A program made the translations under genes and the position numbers. From the IMG/VR virus record IMGVR_UViG_3300029179_000013, positions 1 through 37,263 of that record: a DNA stretch of 37,263 nucleotides; one strand, written 5' to 3'. Shown piece after piece: positions 7,592-18,354 of this stretch. The first letter of the stretch is position 1. The number at the start of each line of letters is the position of its first letter. Below the pieces are notes generated by a model. The model saw only the letters and a program-made list of their open reading frames with translations, was not told the DNA's origin and searched no databases. Source of the stretch: a virus. Its lineage: Duplodnaviria; Caudoviricetes.

Positions 7592-10500
7592 TTACTCCGC
7601 CTCTCCTGCGATTGCATCTACAAGGTTTTCACGAACCTGACGAACACCACCAATCAACGGGATTCTTCCGATGACCTTTCTGGCTGCATCTCTTTGGTCT
7701 GAATTTTTGGGGTCTTCAGAAACCACTTGGTTCATGAGCGTCATACCAACATCGACGGTGTCCATCGTGGCTGAGAATGTCGGACCAAACAATGCGCCCG
7801 CCATGCGAAGCTGTCCGTACGCTTGACTGTCTGCATTCTCAACAGCGGAGTGAAGCAGGTCTGCAAACAAACCAAAGCCACCTGCCACCATGAAGGACTC
7901 TGTGAGCCATCCAAGAACCGCGTCGGCTGTTCCACCTTCTTCGATATCAAGGCCCATGTCATCAGCCATTGTGTTGTACCAACGAATGAATGCGCCAGTG
8001 AGTGCGCTTTCTGAAGCGTACCTATCGCGGAACATCTGGTCCGCTTTACCGTCACCGTCTGTGTCGCCACGTTGTTGAACAACATCGCGGACAGCCAGAG
8101 AGGTGGAGCCGAGAACGCCTGCCGAGGCAAGGAGCATCATGAGGTTTTTGGGATTTCCTTGGAGAGCTTCTTGGAAGACGTACTTTGTCATGCGACCCAT
8201 CATCAGTGGGTACGATTTGAGTTGGAAGACCATTGCACCGATGGGTGTTTGTGCCCAATGAGGGATGTCGTTTGGATTTGGTGAGAAGATTGTCTCGTTT
8301 GTGAAGCGCATGATTGCGTAACGCAACGCATCATTGTTCACCATCTCTGCGTCCACGATGGCGGGGGCACCTTTAACGGCATACTTCTCAAGACCGTATC
8401 TTTGAAGATAGCGGAGAGATGTTGCGTACTGACGGCTGTTGCCCATACCTTTTGCGAGAAGGTCTTGGGCGCGTTTCGCTTCTGCCTTGAAGGATTCCAT
8501 TCCGATGAGTGCGGCCGCCTCTCTTTGGATGTTGGTCCACGAGTTCAGCATTGTCAGGTTAAAGAATGCGTTTGAGTAACGGCTGCTCTTGTCGTTGTAC
8601 ATGTGAGCAAGTCGCTCATGAAGAACACTCTCAAGACCGACGCCGATGTTGCGTGCCATCTCTCTGTAGTGCGGGTCGCTCATGTATTTTTTCCAGCCCG
8701 TGTATGCGGCCTTCATGTTGCCTGAACGAATGAGAGGCATGCCAATGTCTGGGATAGATGCGAGCGTTGTGAATGCCAACAGAGTGATGTTGTTGAATGT
8801 TCTGGACATTCTGCTGAAATTCATGAGGGCAGGGTCAGGAACATCCATTGGTTTCTTTGATGCATTGGCGAGAGCCTGAACCATAGTGTTGATTTCAGTG
8901 CTTGGTATGTTTGATGGTTGTCCACCAAAGTCAGCAAGCGCATTGACGATGGCATCGACACGCTTTGCGTACTCAGGTTGAGCTGCAACAATTGCCGGGT
9001 CTTGTAAGTTCATCAGATAGTTTCGAACTTTTTCCTTGTTCTTTGCCCACTTGTCTGGAGTGTCTCCAAGAAGAGTGAGTGCAGTGTCAACCATGGAGGA
9101 GATTTCCTCTTGGGTGCCGGGGATTGGGCTAACAATTTCTTGCGTTTCAGTAACGCGAACATCCATTACTGCGTCCGCAGCACGGCGTTCACGAGAGTGG
9201 GTCTTTGTATTTCTTAACGCATCAACGATTGCGTCTCTACCATTCACGAGAATGTCAATGTATGTAGAGGCGGCGTGGTTTCCAACACCGAACTCACGGG
9301 CAAGAACTCTGCGACGAGTGACTTGGTCTGCGTACTTGACAATCATTCCCTCAAGGTCGTTGACCATAAATCGGTTCATGCCTTTGATTTCGGCAGGGTT
9401 TAGGTTCAGAACTCGGTTGTAGAATGGTTCCTCAAGACGAACTCTGAGAGAGTTGTCTGGAAGAAGAACGCCATCGCTACCCTCTTCTGTCAGGGTACGC
9501 ATAAGCATGAGAGCTTTTTCTTGAGCAACGACGTTTGGTGATTTGTTTGACGGGACTGGGATTGCTCCTGTCTTCATCTCACGCATGAAGAAGTTCGCCA
9601 TCTCTGAAACAAAACTGTTCGGGTCTCCCTTGATGGAGTCCGCGTTCCAGATTTGTGGAATGTAGTTTTTCTTGAAGCCAATAGGGAGGCCATCGTTGAT
9701 AGCTCCAACAAGTTCTTGTCTGAAATACTTTCTCAAATCTTCGACCACAACTCGCATGTCCTTGGGAAGTTTTTGGACAAAGCTTTCATCTCCAGCCTGT
9801 GCCATTCTCATGGCGAAGACAATGAGTTCGTGGCTCTTTGGTTGTGGTACTTCTCCCCATGCTTTGTTTCTTTCAAGCCAACGCTTGGTCATGCTCTTCG
9901 CATCAGAGAGTTGTCTGATTGTTGTCAGGATAGATTGTGGTCTGCCCCTACTGTCACGACTCACCATCAATGATTTTGCAGCGGAGGAGTCAAGTTTCTC
10001 ATAGAAACCTACACCGGCGGCAGGCTTCATTTTGTCAGCCAGCCAGTGTGCTCCAGACTTGCGGATGCGCACAGAGTTTTCACCGATTGTCTTTGCAAAG
10101 AAACCAACCTTGTTGACGTCTTGGACGGACAATTGCTTTCCTTTAAACATGCGCGTATACGTCTCAACAACGGAAGCCGGCACGCCCATTGCTTGCATGG
10201 ATGTTGTTAGGCCAGAGGCATCATTCCTATCAACAGTTCCATCCATCAATGCTTCGAGATATCTTCCCGCAACTGGAATGCGTTCACCGTCAAGCATAGA
10301 AGAGGTGTAGTCATCCAAGGCAAAAGCAGGGTCGTCTATGTGTCTGGCACTGGCTTCATCAAAGAACACAATGGATGAGCCGCCATCAATACTGTCGTAC
10401 CCCAGATTGCGAAGGCTTTCATTCACAAGATTTGCGGCACTTGTTTTATCGGTTGCCATGTTCTTGGACACTGCACCGATTATTGATTGGTATGCTTCGT

Positions 10501-13500
10501 TTCCAGTAAAGGTTGTAACCGAGTTTCTCAAGGACATTGCGTCTGAGGTTGAAACCATTCCTGATTTTTCAAACGAAGTCAGAAGCCAGTCAAGGGATGA
10601 TGGGCTTTGTGTTCCGAATGTGTATTCTGTGGTTTCAGAAAAGTCGAACGTGTTTTTTGCGCGAGCAACGAACGGAATGACTTTTGGTTGGGCCTCAACT
10701 TTGTTGGTCGAACGCATCATGCGCCACAAGCCAGCCTCTGTTGCAACCGCTCTTTCGAGTTTGCGAGTAAGAGGGTCAAGAACCTGCGCCCGATAATCAG
10801 CAACATCTTCTCCAGCGTTTCTCATGGCTTCGATGTTTGCAATCTCTCTTGTGATGCGGTCGCGTGTTTTGACAATCTCATCATTCACTTCTTTGAGTTC
10901 TGTTGTTGGGAACTCTTGAAGCTCTTGTGATTGTTTCGAAAGATAAACACCAGTGCCGAAGTCACCATCAATTTTTGGCGCAGATGGTGTTGTCTTTGTT
11001 TCGAGAACGTCAAACGATACCTGACCATTGCCGTCAAAGAAGAGGATGGATTGTTCGAGTGGTTTCTTTGAGAAGGTTTCAATTGAAGAGCGTCTTACCG
11101 GGGTGGTGTTTTTAACAACCTCTGTACGATAGCTTTCAGCAATGGCTGGATGCATTCCCTTAAAGCCAGTGGTGTTGGCTGCGCTTCTGTAGATTTTGTT
11201 TTCACTCAAGTCACGGAGGATGTCCCCAAAGAATGTCATTGGCTGGAGTTCATCCTTGGCGTTTCCGCTTACAAAGCCACGCATTGCAAGAGCAGTTGCT
11301 TCCATGTTTTCTTTGAAGAGGTCGTTGATACGAGACCTTGAGCTTTCAGGAAGGCTGTCAAAAATATCATCGATGCTTCCTTGCATTCTCATAGCAGCAG
11401 GGAATGCTGCCGCAATCTCATCGACGCTTGTTCCAAGTCTTGAAAGCTCCTCTGGGTCAACCATGGCATTGATTGCCATTCTGGATATTTTTTGGACGGC
11501 TCTAATTTTTCCATCTTCGGTGCGAAGGTCTCTTCCGATGTCTCTCATTTCAGTTCTGAATGAGTTGAACACATCATCCGTTTCCTTGACGGGGGTGTTG
11601 TCGCCGATGTCGCCTTGACCAATCAGTCTTGAAAGGTCTGAGCGTGTGACAACACCATCGACCGGGTTGGCTGATGAACCCTTTCCGAGGAGGGATACAA
11701 GTCTGTGTGCCACTGTACGGGCAGAGTTCTCATCTGCGCGGGAGCGGTGTGTGATGTTCTTAATTGTTTCACGAATGTGAGGAGTGACTGATGCAGGAAC
11801 GCCATTGTCGGATGAGCCGACGGCCGTAGCTTCCTGAACCAGCTTGATTGCCTTGCGAACCTTTGGGCTTGATGGCTGAACGATACCAGACTCAAGGTTG
11901 TTGCGCTGTTTCCATGCCATAGCGTTGGCAATCTCTTTCATGTCATCAAACTTACCACGCTTGATGGACTGGAAGAGGTCTCTCTCAAGTGCACGAAGTG
12001 GCACATCTTCAAGCTCAGGACGTGGTGGTCTGATTTTGACAGCAGGCATCGTCGCAATGCGTGACTTGATTTCAACCTCAAGTTCTTTTTTGCGTGCGTT
12101 CTTAATACCAGCCAATGATTTATATTCAGAGGTCAACTCGACTGAGGTCATGTCCTTTACAGGCGTGTATGACAACGTCTCTTGAACAGACTGTGTCGGG
12201 AATTGGTCTCTATCAACAGATGGTGCGCCGCTCTCAATCTCTTGCATGACGCGCTCGACTTCAAGAGCTGCGCGTTGCTGAAGATTTGCAGCACGTCTGG
12301 CTGCCTTGTTCTTCTGAAGCTTTTGGTACGAAGAGGGTGTTGTGCCCTCAAAGGTTCCGTCTTTGAATACACGGATTTCTTTCCCTTCCATCTTCCCTGT
12401 ATGGGAGATGATACGGCGTGCCTCATCCTGTGCAATGGCAATGGCGTTCATCATGTTGTTGGCATGGAAGTTCAGCGCAGACACCAAGTCATCATCCATT
12501 GTGGAGTATGCGATGCTTGCCATTTGTTCAAATGAGGAGTTCAGGTCGCCAGAGGCTGCGTCACCATTGATGTCGTCTGTACTCATTTCACGGTATTTAG
12601 ATACCACATTGGCACGGTTGTCGCTGTGAAGTTCTTTTTGGAACTCGCGCCATTCGTAGTGAGCCTTCATTAAAGCTTGGCGTGCCTTAGCTGTCTGGCC
12701 GAAACGCTTGCCTTCAACCTTGCCATCAAAGAGGCGAAGTCTTCCTTGGCCAGTACCGCTCTTTCCAGAACGTGGGGTGTGTTTGTGTGCCCCTGCTTTG
12801 CCGCCGACCTTGCCGTAGATTTCGCGGGACACTTCGTCAATCGCGTTCTCCAAGTCCATTGGGTTTGCGGTTTGGATTGCCTCATCCATCTTTCTGCGCA
12901 TGTCGTCAAAGTCAATCAAGACCTTGGCCGCGAGAGATGCTGTTCTGGCGTGACTGTCATTCTTGAGCTTGCGAATGTCTTCCAGTGTTTTGTGAAGGCC
13001 AACGTATCTGTTGTACATTGGGTCTGTCTCTGGAAGGATTTTGGAGAAGAGTTCGACAAACTCTGGGTCAATGTCCACAAGATTTTCGGATGCTACTGCG
13101 CGGTCACCACGAAGACGAACACCAAACGCCTCAGCGATTTGAACAATGGCGCGTGCCATCTTTGTCCAGAGGGGGATGTTGTTTACCTTGCCTTGGGTGA
13201 TAGCCCACTGGGTGAACTGATTGGCGAAGAACTCAGCGGGTGACATTTGCTCAGCTTCTGTCGAGATGCCGGGGAGTCTTTCTTTGATTGAGGCCATGTC
13301 CAAATCATTGCCATCAAAGTATTTGCCAAGAGACTGCCAGAATTGTAGGCGGTCGGCGTCAGACAAGATGTTCATGTACGCCCAGTGTCCAACCTCATGA
13401 AGGAGTGCAACTGGTTGGGGTATGATGGAGCCTGTACCATCTGGGTTAAATGCCGATGGGTTTAAGAAAATTCTGTTTGCGTTGTCGCTGCCAGCAGTTG

Positions 13501-16500
13501 GAAGAACGTATCCGCCAGAGTTGTTTGGCATGTCCTTACCTTGGATGATTGGCAGGTCTCTGTCCATGTACGCAAGACGGCGGAGAATGTCGATGCCGGT
13601 AGACAATGATGTCCCGTCGTACTTGGCAAGCACACGGTTCCATTGAGACATGGATTGAATGCGTGAAGCTGTTGGGAGTTTGATGCCTTTTGGCGCGTAC
13701 TTTGAACGTACTTCGTATAGGTCTGCAATGTCCTTTACAAAAGTGGCGTACTGACCTTTGCTTGATATGTCAGACCAACGGACATTCTCAAGAGCAGTGA
13801 TGAGGTCGTGGACTTTTGCAAGGGTCGTTAGGCCCTTGTCTCTAAATTGGATTGGTAGGTCTCCTTGTTCAACTGGGACTTTGGCCAAGCCATCCAATTG
13901 CAAACGACCAAGTTCGTCGGGTTCAAGTGTAGGAGTGCCCCCGCGAACTGAGCTATGTTCTTTGCCGCCTGCTCTGGATACAGGGTCAGCTCCGTCAAGA
14001 GGTTTGAAATACCTTGTTGCCTCACGGCTTGCACTTTTTGTACCACTTGGGACATAGCCAACAGTGTATGCTTTTGTGATTTGATTTCCAAGGATTTGTT
14101 TGATTGTTTGAGGCGTCGAGGCTTTTACACTTTCAACACGGACAACCCCTTCAAACTCACCTTCCAGAATTTGGATGGCCATGACATGGCCTTCGGGGAT
14201 ATCAAGGTTGATTGCCGAAACATCCGGATTGGACTTCCACTCAGTAACTGGGCCGGTGAGTGGTGCTGCTGTTTCAACGGGTGTCTCAACTGGAACTGTG
14301 CGCTTTTGTTTGCCCCATGTGTTAGAAGACTTCCAATCAATCGGGTATACGCTGTCTGTGATTTCGTCAAAAGACTTGGTCAGCTTTCCGTTTTTACCTG
14401 CGGAGATTACGCGGGAACCAAAGATGCGAGGGAGGTGGCCTGCCATCTGGTCAAGGCTTGACGCTTTGGTTGTGGCTTCAAGACCATCGGCGTCAGTGTA
14501 CATGAGCACGGCTGAACCGTCAGAGTTTGTCTTAAGGTCACCGACCTTCTCACCCATAAACGTGATGGCGTGGGTGTTGTCTGATGTCTTCTTGTAACCA
14601 AAATGGTTGCGTACGTCCACTTCCCACCCACGGTACACATACATGCGTGGCTCGTGTTTGGCTCCTGATGGTTTGTCAGAGTGTGCCTTTGGCTTTGCTG
14701 CCTCTGCCGAAAACTCAGCATCGATTTTATTGAGGTCGCTTGCCAATGTGTTAGGGTCATTGTGTACTCTGTATGCTTCAACAGCATCCTGAATGCGTTG
14801 CTTGCGCACAGCGTCGACAGACATTGTACGGGCCTCAGCTTCAACAGCGCCCCATGCTCTTTCCATTTCTTCCAAGGGAATTTCTTCACCAAGGTAGTTC
14901 TGGGCATCAATCATGTTTTCAGACAAGGCACGATCAGGTGCATAGGGAGCGGTCTCGACAGCATTGCGGACGGCATCTTTGATGACGGCCTTTCTCAATG
15001 CTTTGTTAAGTTGCTCAGCTTGCTCATCTCGTGGTGCGCCAGTTGTTTTCTTGTTAAGTTTCTCCCTGTTTGGTGATGAACGTGCGGCTTCAACTTGGGC
15101 AGCAGCTAAGTCTTTTTCTGTGACGCGGTCACCAGCTTTTAAGAAGGCTGTGTCTTCTTTTGCACGAACCAGACGATTAGTCTTGGTTTCCATTTGTGCG
15201 CGTTCAAGTTCGCGGCGTGCTGACTCGGCGGCAGAATATTTGCGGGGGATGTGTATGATGGAACCATCCGGCATCTCCTTGGTGATGTATTTGCCGTCGG
15301 TTGTTTTAGCGAAGTCAATCGAGCCGTCCGGTGCACGAACGATATCTCGTACCATCAAGGAACCGAAGAAGGGGTATTCGATTGTCAGATTCCCAAACTC
15401 ATCAACACCAGTGGCGCGGCCACCAGTCGCTTTCTTGAGCATGGCTTGCAAACCAAACTTGTCAGAGCCAGACACCGTCGGCATCTTTTCGAAACCAGTG
15501 ACGTTACCATTTTCGTCTTTGGTGTACTTGCCGTGTTGGAAAACTTTCCCTGACACGTTTCCTTTTGTATCTGGGTCGATTATGACTGGATAGTTGTCAC
15601 CAAGCTTGGCGCTTGAGGTGCGTACAGATTTCTCGAAGTCATTGTACAGAGCTTCAAGAACCATGTTCTGCTTTTGGAGTTCAAGGATACCATCAAGCTT
15701 TTTGGGAGAGATTTGTACGTTCTTACTGGACATGAGACGTACGCGAGCTTGCTCAATCTTGGTCGCAATCCCTTGTTGTTGTTGAGTGGTCAGTTTGTCC
15801 CAGCCCTGAGGTTGTGGCTTCTTTGTGGCCATGTACTGGACAATGTCTGGTGACTCATCTGCTACCGCCTCGACGATTGCCTTCTCCATTCCTTCTCCAT
15901 GTTTTTCACGGATAAGGGATAGGATGTCTTCCATCTCAAAGAGAGGGTTCTCTGCCATGTATTTTGCCAGAAGGTTCTGAGCATTGAAGTTCAGCCATTC
16001 GTTGTAGCGAGCGATGGTTGCTTGCTTCATCTCAGACGGGACATCGCTACCGCTTTCAATGAGCTTGCGCATCACGTCCGGCATGTAAGCAATGATTTCT
16101 GTGTTCTTTGTCATCACCGTTTCAAGGTGCGCCAAAGAACGGGCGTAGTTTATTTTGTCTGTCACATATTGGCGTGCGACCTTGGCACGGCTCTCACGCG
16201 TTCCGGGGTTCCTCTGGCGAATGTAGTCGCCCATCTCTTTCTTTGTGGCCTCAAGTGGGAACCCATAATCGGAAAGGAATGAGGCAGCACCCTCAACATC
16301 AAGAGGGGCTTCTGCCGCTTCAGCCTCAGGCGTTCTGAGAACCGGTGCAATCTCAACATCAGCTTCTTGTTTGGAAAGGGCGTCAAGTCTTTCTTTGATT
16401 TGTTTGCGCTCAGTGTTCAGCGCTTCTCGTTCAGACGTCAACTTTGATAGGCGGTCAACTTGCTCTGGTGATGCCTTGCCAGCATCAATGAGTTTGCGGA

Positions 16501-18277
16501 TACGGGCCATCTGGTTTGTGAGGGCGTTGTATCTTTTGCCAATTGAACCAATCGCCTCTTCTGCGTCGGCCGCCGTGGCTGGGAGTTCCGGTGATGTTGT
16601 GACTGGTTGAGGTGCCAAGTCTGTTGTGTTTTGGGGTGGCGCAAAGTCTTTGCCGGAAAGTTCTTTGTATCGTGCGCTGACCAGTTGTTCGTACGCAGGG
16701 TCAATTGTAAGGCCGCTGTCCTTTGCGGCCTGCATCTTTGTCAATTCTGTGGAGAGCGTGGTCTCATCAGAAGAGGCTATGGTTGTTTCGTCAAACGCTG
16801 GTGTGTACGCATTCTCTGCGTCAGGTGTACGCACAGAAGGTTCTGCCTGCTGAGGCATATTGAATTGGGTGTTTGTGTCGACATCAAGGATAGCGGCATT
16901 TGGGTCTGTGGAGAAACGGATAAAGTCTGCCACTGCCTTGTCAAACTCAAGTTCTTTACCATCGCCAGAGGCGCGTACAATTGCTTGGTACGAATCTTCA
17001 CCGCGTGCGATTTTGTCTGAGAGTTCATTGATGAGTGCAATATGGTCTGGCTTTGGTGTTTCAACCATCGTAAGGTTCTCAAGCTGGCGCTCGTATGAAG
17101 CACGAAGGGTTGGCCACTTGTAGAGTTCTTCAAGGGCTGTACGGCCAGCTTGCAACTCATCTGCCTGCTGCATCACAGGTGTCTTGTCTTTTGGTTTAAG
17201 CTTGCCAGCTCTCCATTCGGCGAGGGCTTTCTCACCTGACTCTGCTCTTATCTGGTCAATGGTTGCATCAAGGTTTCTTTTGTACTGGTCGCGTTGTGCT
17301 GCAATGTACTGTGTGACTTTGATGTCGTCTTTTTCTTGACGCGTTACAGGTTCATTGGCTGCATCTGTTTCGACTGTCTCTGCCACACCATTGGGCTGTA
17401 CGTTGCTCTCTGGTTCTGTGTACTTGGATGTAAAGTTTCCAAAGACATCTTCGCGTGCCTTGGTCGCAGCACGGGATATTTTGCCACCATACACACCACC
17501 GATTGCGCCGGTTGCTGCACCAAATCCAGCGCCAATGGTGGCGCCAAATGCTGCATTCTTAAGTGTTTGCGTTTGGTAGTATTCGTCTTGAAGACCAATC
17601 TCTTTGTTTCGTGCTTGCATCAAAAGGTCTTGACCAGCACCCATGGAGGCTTCTTCAATCGCACCTGCTTTTGCCCCGGCCTTTAAACCTTGTAGGGCGG
17701 CGTTGTTGACAACCTTGGCACGCATCTCTTTTGTCAAGACAGTCGTGCCAGCCTTCTTCATGGCTTCGCGTGCACCCGCTTTCAGGGCTTGCTTACCAGC
17801 CTGTCCGCCGATGAAGCCGCCGACATAACTGAGAGGGTCGGCAAGTCCGGCACCGATGTTTTGAGCCAAACCTTCGAGACCACGGCCGCCCTCTTGCCAG
17901 AATGAGGGGAGAGCGTCGTGGAGTTTTTGGATACGGGCAAGGCGTGTTGTTTGTTCTTCTGACATGGAGTACGCATCAGAAACATCCTTCATCATGGAGA
18001 CTGTGTTGACGTTTCTCCATGTGCGGTCAGACCAAAACTTTTCAATAATCTCTTCGTCTGTACCCTCGAATCCATCACGCTCTTTGTAAAAAGCACGAAG
18101 GTCTGCACGCACATCTCCACGGTCAAGGAACTTGGTTGCGGCATATCCGCTTCCAATTGAGTCTGCCCATCCGAGTGAGGGGCCTGCTTCGGGCGTTGTG
18201 GTGGTTTTTGTCTTAAGGCCGTTCAAGCCTTTGGCAAGAAGAGGATTGCTCTTGAGGGGGTCGTATGTATCAGTCAC
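7592..18277 (-). CDS. Giant (3561 aa) internal virion / ejection protein of large-polyvalent type
   Basis: Uninterrupted 10.7-kb ORF with GGAG RBS. Gly/Ala-rich N-terminal segment, coiled coils, LLHEVGH zincin motif, ART-like FGTGVYLS...GYDSI...IVFF, and a helical C-terminus (NYIPQIW, VFQLKSYP, GGFGLFAD) resembling podophage ejection proteins. Confidence 0.8.
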   Translation of the reverse strand: MTDTYDPLKSNPLLAKGLNGLKTKTTTTPEAGPSLGWADSIGSGYAATKFLDRGDVRADLRAFYKERDGFEGTDEEIIEKFWSDRTWRNVNTVSMMKDVSDAYSMSEEQTTRLARIQKLHDALPSFWQEGGRGLEGLAQNIGAGLADPLSYVGGFIGGQAGKQALKAGAREAMKKAGTTVLTKEMRAKVVNNAALQGLKAGAKAGAIEEASMGAGQDLLMQARNKEIGLQDEYYQTQTLKNAAFGATIGAGFGAATGAIGGVYGGKISRAATKAREDVFGNFTSKYTEPESNVQPNGVAETVETDAANEPVTRQEKDDIKVTQYIAAQRDQYKRNLDATIDQIRAESGEKALAEWRAGKLKPKDKTPVMQQADELQAGRTALEELYKWPTLRASYERQLENLTMVETPKPDHIALINELSDKIARGEDSYQAIVRASGDGKELEFDKAVADFIRFSTDPNAAILDVDTNTQFNMPQQAEPSVRTPDAENAYTPAFDETTIASSDETTLSTELTKMQAAKDSGLTIDPAYEQLVSARYKELSGKDFAPPQNTTDLAPQPVTTSPELPATAADAEEAIGSIGKRYNALTNQMARIRKLIDAGKASPEQVDRLSKLTSEREALNTERKQIKERLDALSKQEADVEIAPVLRTPEAEAAEAPLDVEGAASFLSDYGFPLEATKKEMGDYIRQRNPGTRESRAKVARQYVTDKINYARSLAHLETVMTKNTEIIAYMPDVMRKLIESGSDVPSEMKQATIARYNEWLNFNAQNLLAKYMAENPLFEMEDILSLIREKHGEGMEKAIVEAVADESPDIVQYMATKKPQPQGWDKLTTQQQQGIATKIEQARVRLMSSKNVQISPKKLDGILELQKQNMVLEALYNDFEKSVRTSSAKLGDNYPVIIDPDTKGNVSGKVFQHGKYTKDENGNVTGFEKMPTVSGSDKFGLQAMLKKATGGRATGVDEFGNLTIEYPFFGSLMVRDIVRAPDGSIDFAKTTDGKYITKEMPDGSIIHIPRKYSAAESARRELERAQMETKTNRLVRAKEDTAFLKAGDRVTEKDLAAAQVEAARSSPNREKLNKKTTGAPRDEQAEQLNKALRKAVIKDAVRNAVETAPYAPDRALSENMIDAQNYLGEEIPLEEMERAWGAVEAEARTMSVDAVRKQRIQDAVEAYRVHNDPNTLASDLNKIDAEFSAEAAKPKAHSDKPSGAKHEPRMYVYRGWEVDVRNHFGYKKTSDNTHAITFMGEKVGDLKTNSDGSAVLMYTDADGLEATTKASSLDQMAGHLPRIFGSRVISAGKNGKLTKSFDEITDSVYPIDWKSSNTWGKQKRTVPVETPVETAAPLTGPVTEWKSNPDVSAINLDIPEGHVMAIQILEGEFEGVVRVESVKASTPQTIKQILGNQITKAYTVGYVPSGTKSASREATRYFKPLDGADPVSRAGGKEHSSVRGGTPTLEPDELGRLQLDGLAKVPVEQGDLPIQFRDKGLTTLAKVHDLITALENVRWSDISSKGQYATFVKDIADLYEVRSKYAPKGIKLPTASRIQSMSQWNRVLAKYDGTSLSTGIDILRRLAYMDRDLPIIQGKDMPNNSGGYVLPTAGSDNANRIFLNPSAFNPDGTGSIIPQPVALLHEVGHWAYMNILSDADRLQFWQSLGKYFDGNDLDMASIKERLPGISTEAEQMSPAEFFANQFTQWAITQGKVNNIPLWTKMARAIVQIAEAFGVRLRGDRAVASENLVDIDPEFVELFSKILPETDPMYNRYVGLHKTLEDIRKLKNDSHARTASLAAKVLIDFDDMRRKMDEAIQTANPMDLENAIDEVSREIYGKVGGKAGAHKHTPRSGKSGTGQGRLRLFDGKVEGKRFGQTAKARQALMKAHYEWREFQKELHSDNRANVVSKYREMSTDDINGDAASGDLNSSFEQMASIAYSTMDDDLVSALNFHANNMMNAIAIAQDEARRIISHTGKMEGKEIRVFKDGTFEGTTPSSYQKLQKNKAARRAANLQQRAALEVERVMQEIESGAPSVDRDQFPTQSVQETLSYTPVKDMTSVELTSEYKSLAGIKNARKKELEVEIKSRIATMPAVKIRPPRPELEDVPLRALERDLFQSIKRGKFDDMKEIANAMAWKQRNNLESGIVQPSSPKVRKAIKLVQEATAVGSSDNGVPASVTPHIRETIKNITHRSRADENSARTVAHRLVSLLGKGSSANPVDGVVTRSDLSRLIGQGDIGDNTPVKETDDVFNSFRTEMRDIGRDLRTEDGKIRAVQKISRMAINAMVDPEELSRLGTSVDEIAAAFPAAMRMQGSIDDIFDSLPESSRSRINDLFKENMEATALAMRGFVSGNAKDELQPMTFFGDILRDLSENKIYRSAANTTGFKGMHPAIAESYRTEVVKNTTPVRRSSIETFSKKPLEQSILFFDGNGQVSFDVLETKTTPSAPKIDGDFGTGVYLSKQSQELQEFPTTELKEVNDEIVKTRDRITREIANIEAMRNAGEDVADYRAQVLDPLTRKLERAVATEAGLWRMMRSTNKVEAQPKVIPFVARAKNTFDFSETTEYTFGTQSPSSLDWLLTSFEKSGMVSTSDAMSLRNSVTTFTGNEAYQSIIGAVSKNMATDKTSAANLVNESLRNLGYDSIDGGSSIVFFDEASARHIDDPAFALDDYTSSMLDGERIPVAGRYLEALMDGTVDRNDASGLTTSMQAMGVPASVVETYTRMFKGKQLSVQDVNKVGFFAKTIGENSVRIRKSGAHWLADKMKPAAGVGFYEKLDSSAAKSLMVSRDSRGRPQSILTTIRQLSDAKSMTKRWLERNKAWGEVPQPKSHELIVFAMRMAQAGDESFVQKLPKDMRVVVEDLRKYFRQELVGAINDGLPIGFKKNYIPQIWNADSIKGDPNSFVSEMANFFMREMKTGAIPVPSNKSPNVVAQEKALMLMRTLTEEGSDGVLLPDNSLRVRLEEPFYNRVLNLNPAEIKGMNRFMVNDLEGMIVKYADQVTRRRVLAREFGVGNHAASTYIDILVNGRDAIVDALRNTKTHSRERRAADAVMDVRVTETQEIVSPIPGTQEEISSMVDTALTLLGDTPDKWAKNKEKVRNYLMNLQDPAIVAAQPEYAKRVDAIVNALADFGGQPSNIPSTEINTMVQALANASKKPMDVPDPALMNFSRMSRTFNNITLLAFTTLASIPDIGMPLIRSGNMKAAYTGWKKYMSDPHYREMARNIGVGLESVLHERLAHMYNDKSSRYSNAFFNLTMLNSWTNIQREAAALIGMESFKAEAKRAQDLLAKGMGNSRQYATSLRYLQRYGLEKYAVKGAPAIVDAEMVNNDALRYAIMRFTNETIFSPNPNDIPHWAQTPIGAMVFQLKSYPLMMGRMTKYVFQEALQGNPKNLMMLLASAGVLGSTSLAVRDVVQQRGDTDGDGKADQMFRDRYASESALTGAFIRWYNTMADDMGLDIEEGGTADAVLGWLTESFMVAGGFGLFADLLHSAVENADSQAYGQLRMAGALFGPTFSATMDTVDVGMTLMNQVVSEDPKNSDQRDAARKVIGRIPLIGGVRQVRENLVDAIAGEAE

Positions 18278-18312
18278 TCCGGGTCTCCAGTTTCCACGTT
18301 TGTGTAACTGAA

Positions 18313-18347
18313 ATGGTACACCGAAGAATGGGACACGTCATCCCTTA
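18313..18347 (-). promoter_or_regulatory. Putative promoter for the giant gene
   Basis: TAAGGGATGACG, then 17 nt, then TACCAT; shares TAAGGGAYGAC with 30059-30069. Confidence 0.4.
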
Positions 18348-18354
18348 TTTGTGA

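Noticed and set aside
11820-11832. Fourth GCCGTAGC match
   Set aside because: Inside coding sequence (Ala-Thr-Ala) and lacks the flanking outer stem.
7592-18277. Giant protein as an N4-like or crAss-like virion RNA polymerase (similar ~3500-aa size; DTDGDG near 8048-8065)
   Set aside because: I found no T7-type motif A/B/C set. The DxDxD lies in the ejection-like C-terminal region without double-psi-barrel context. A structure search would settle it.
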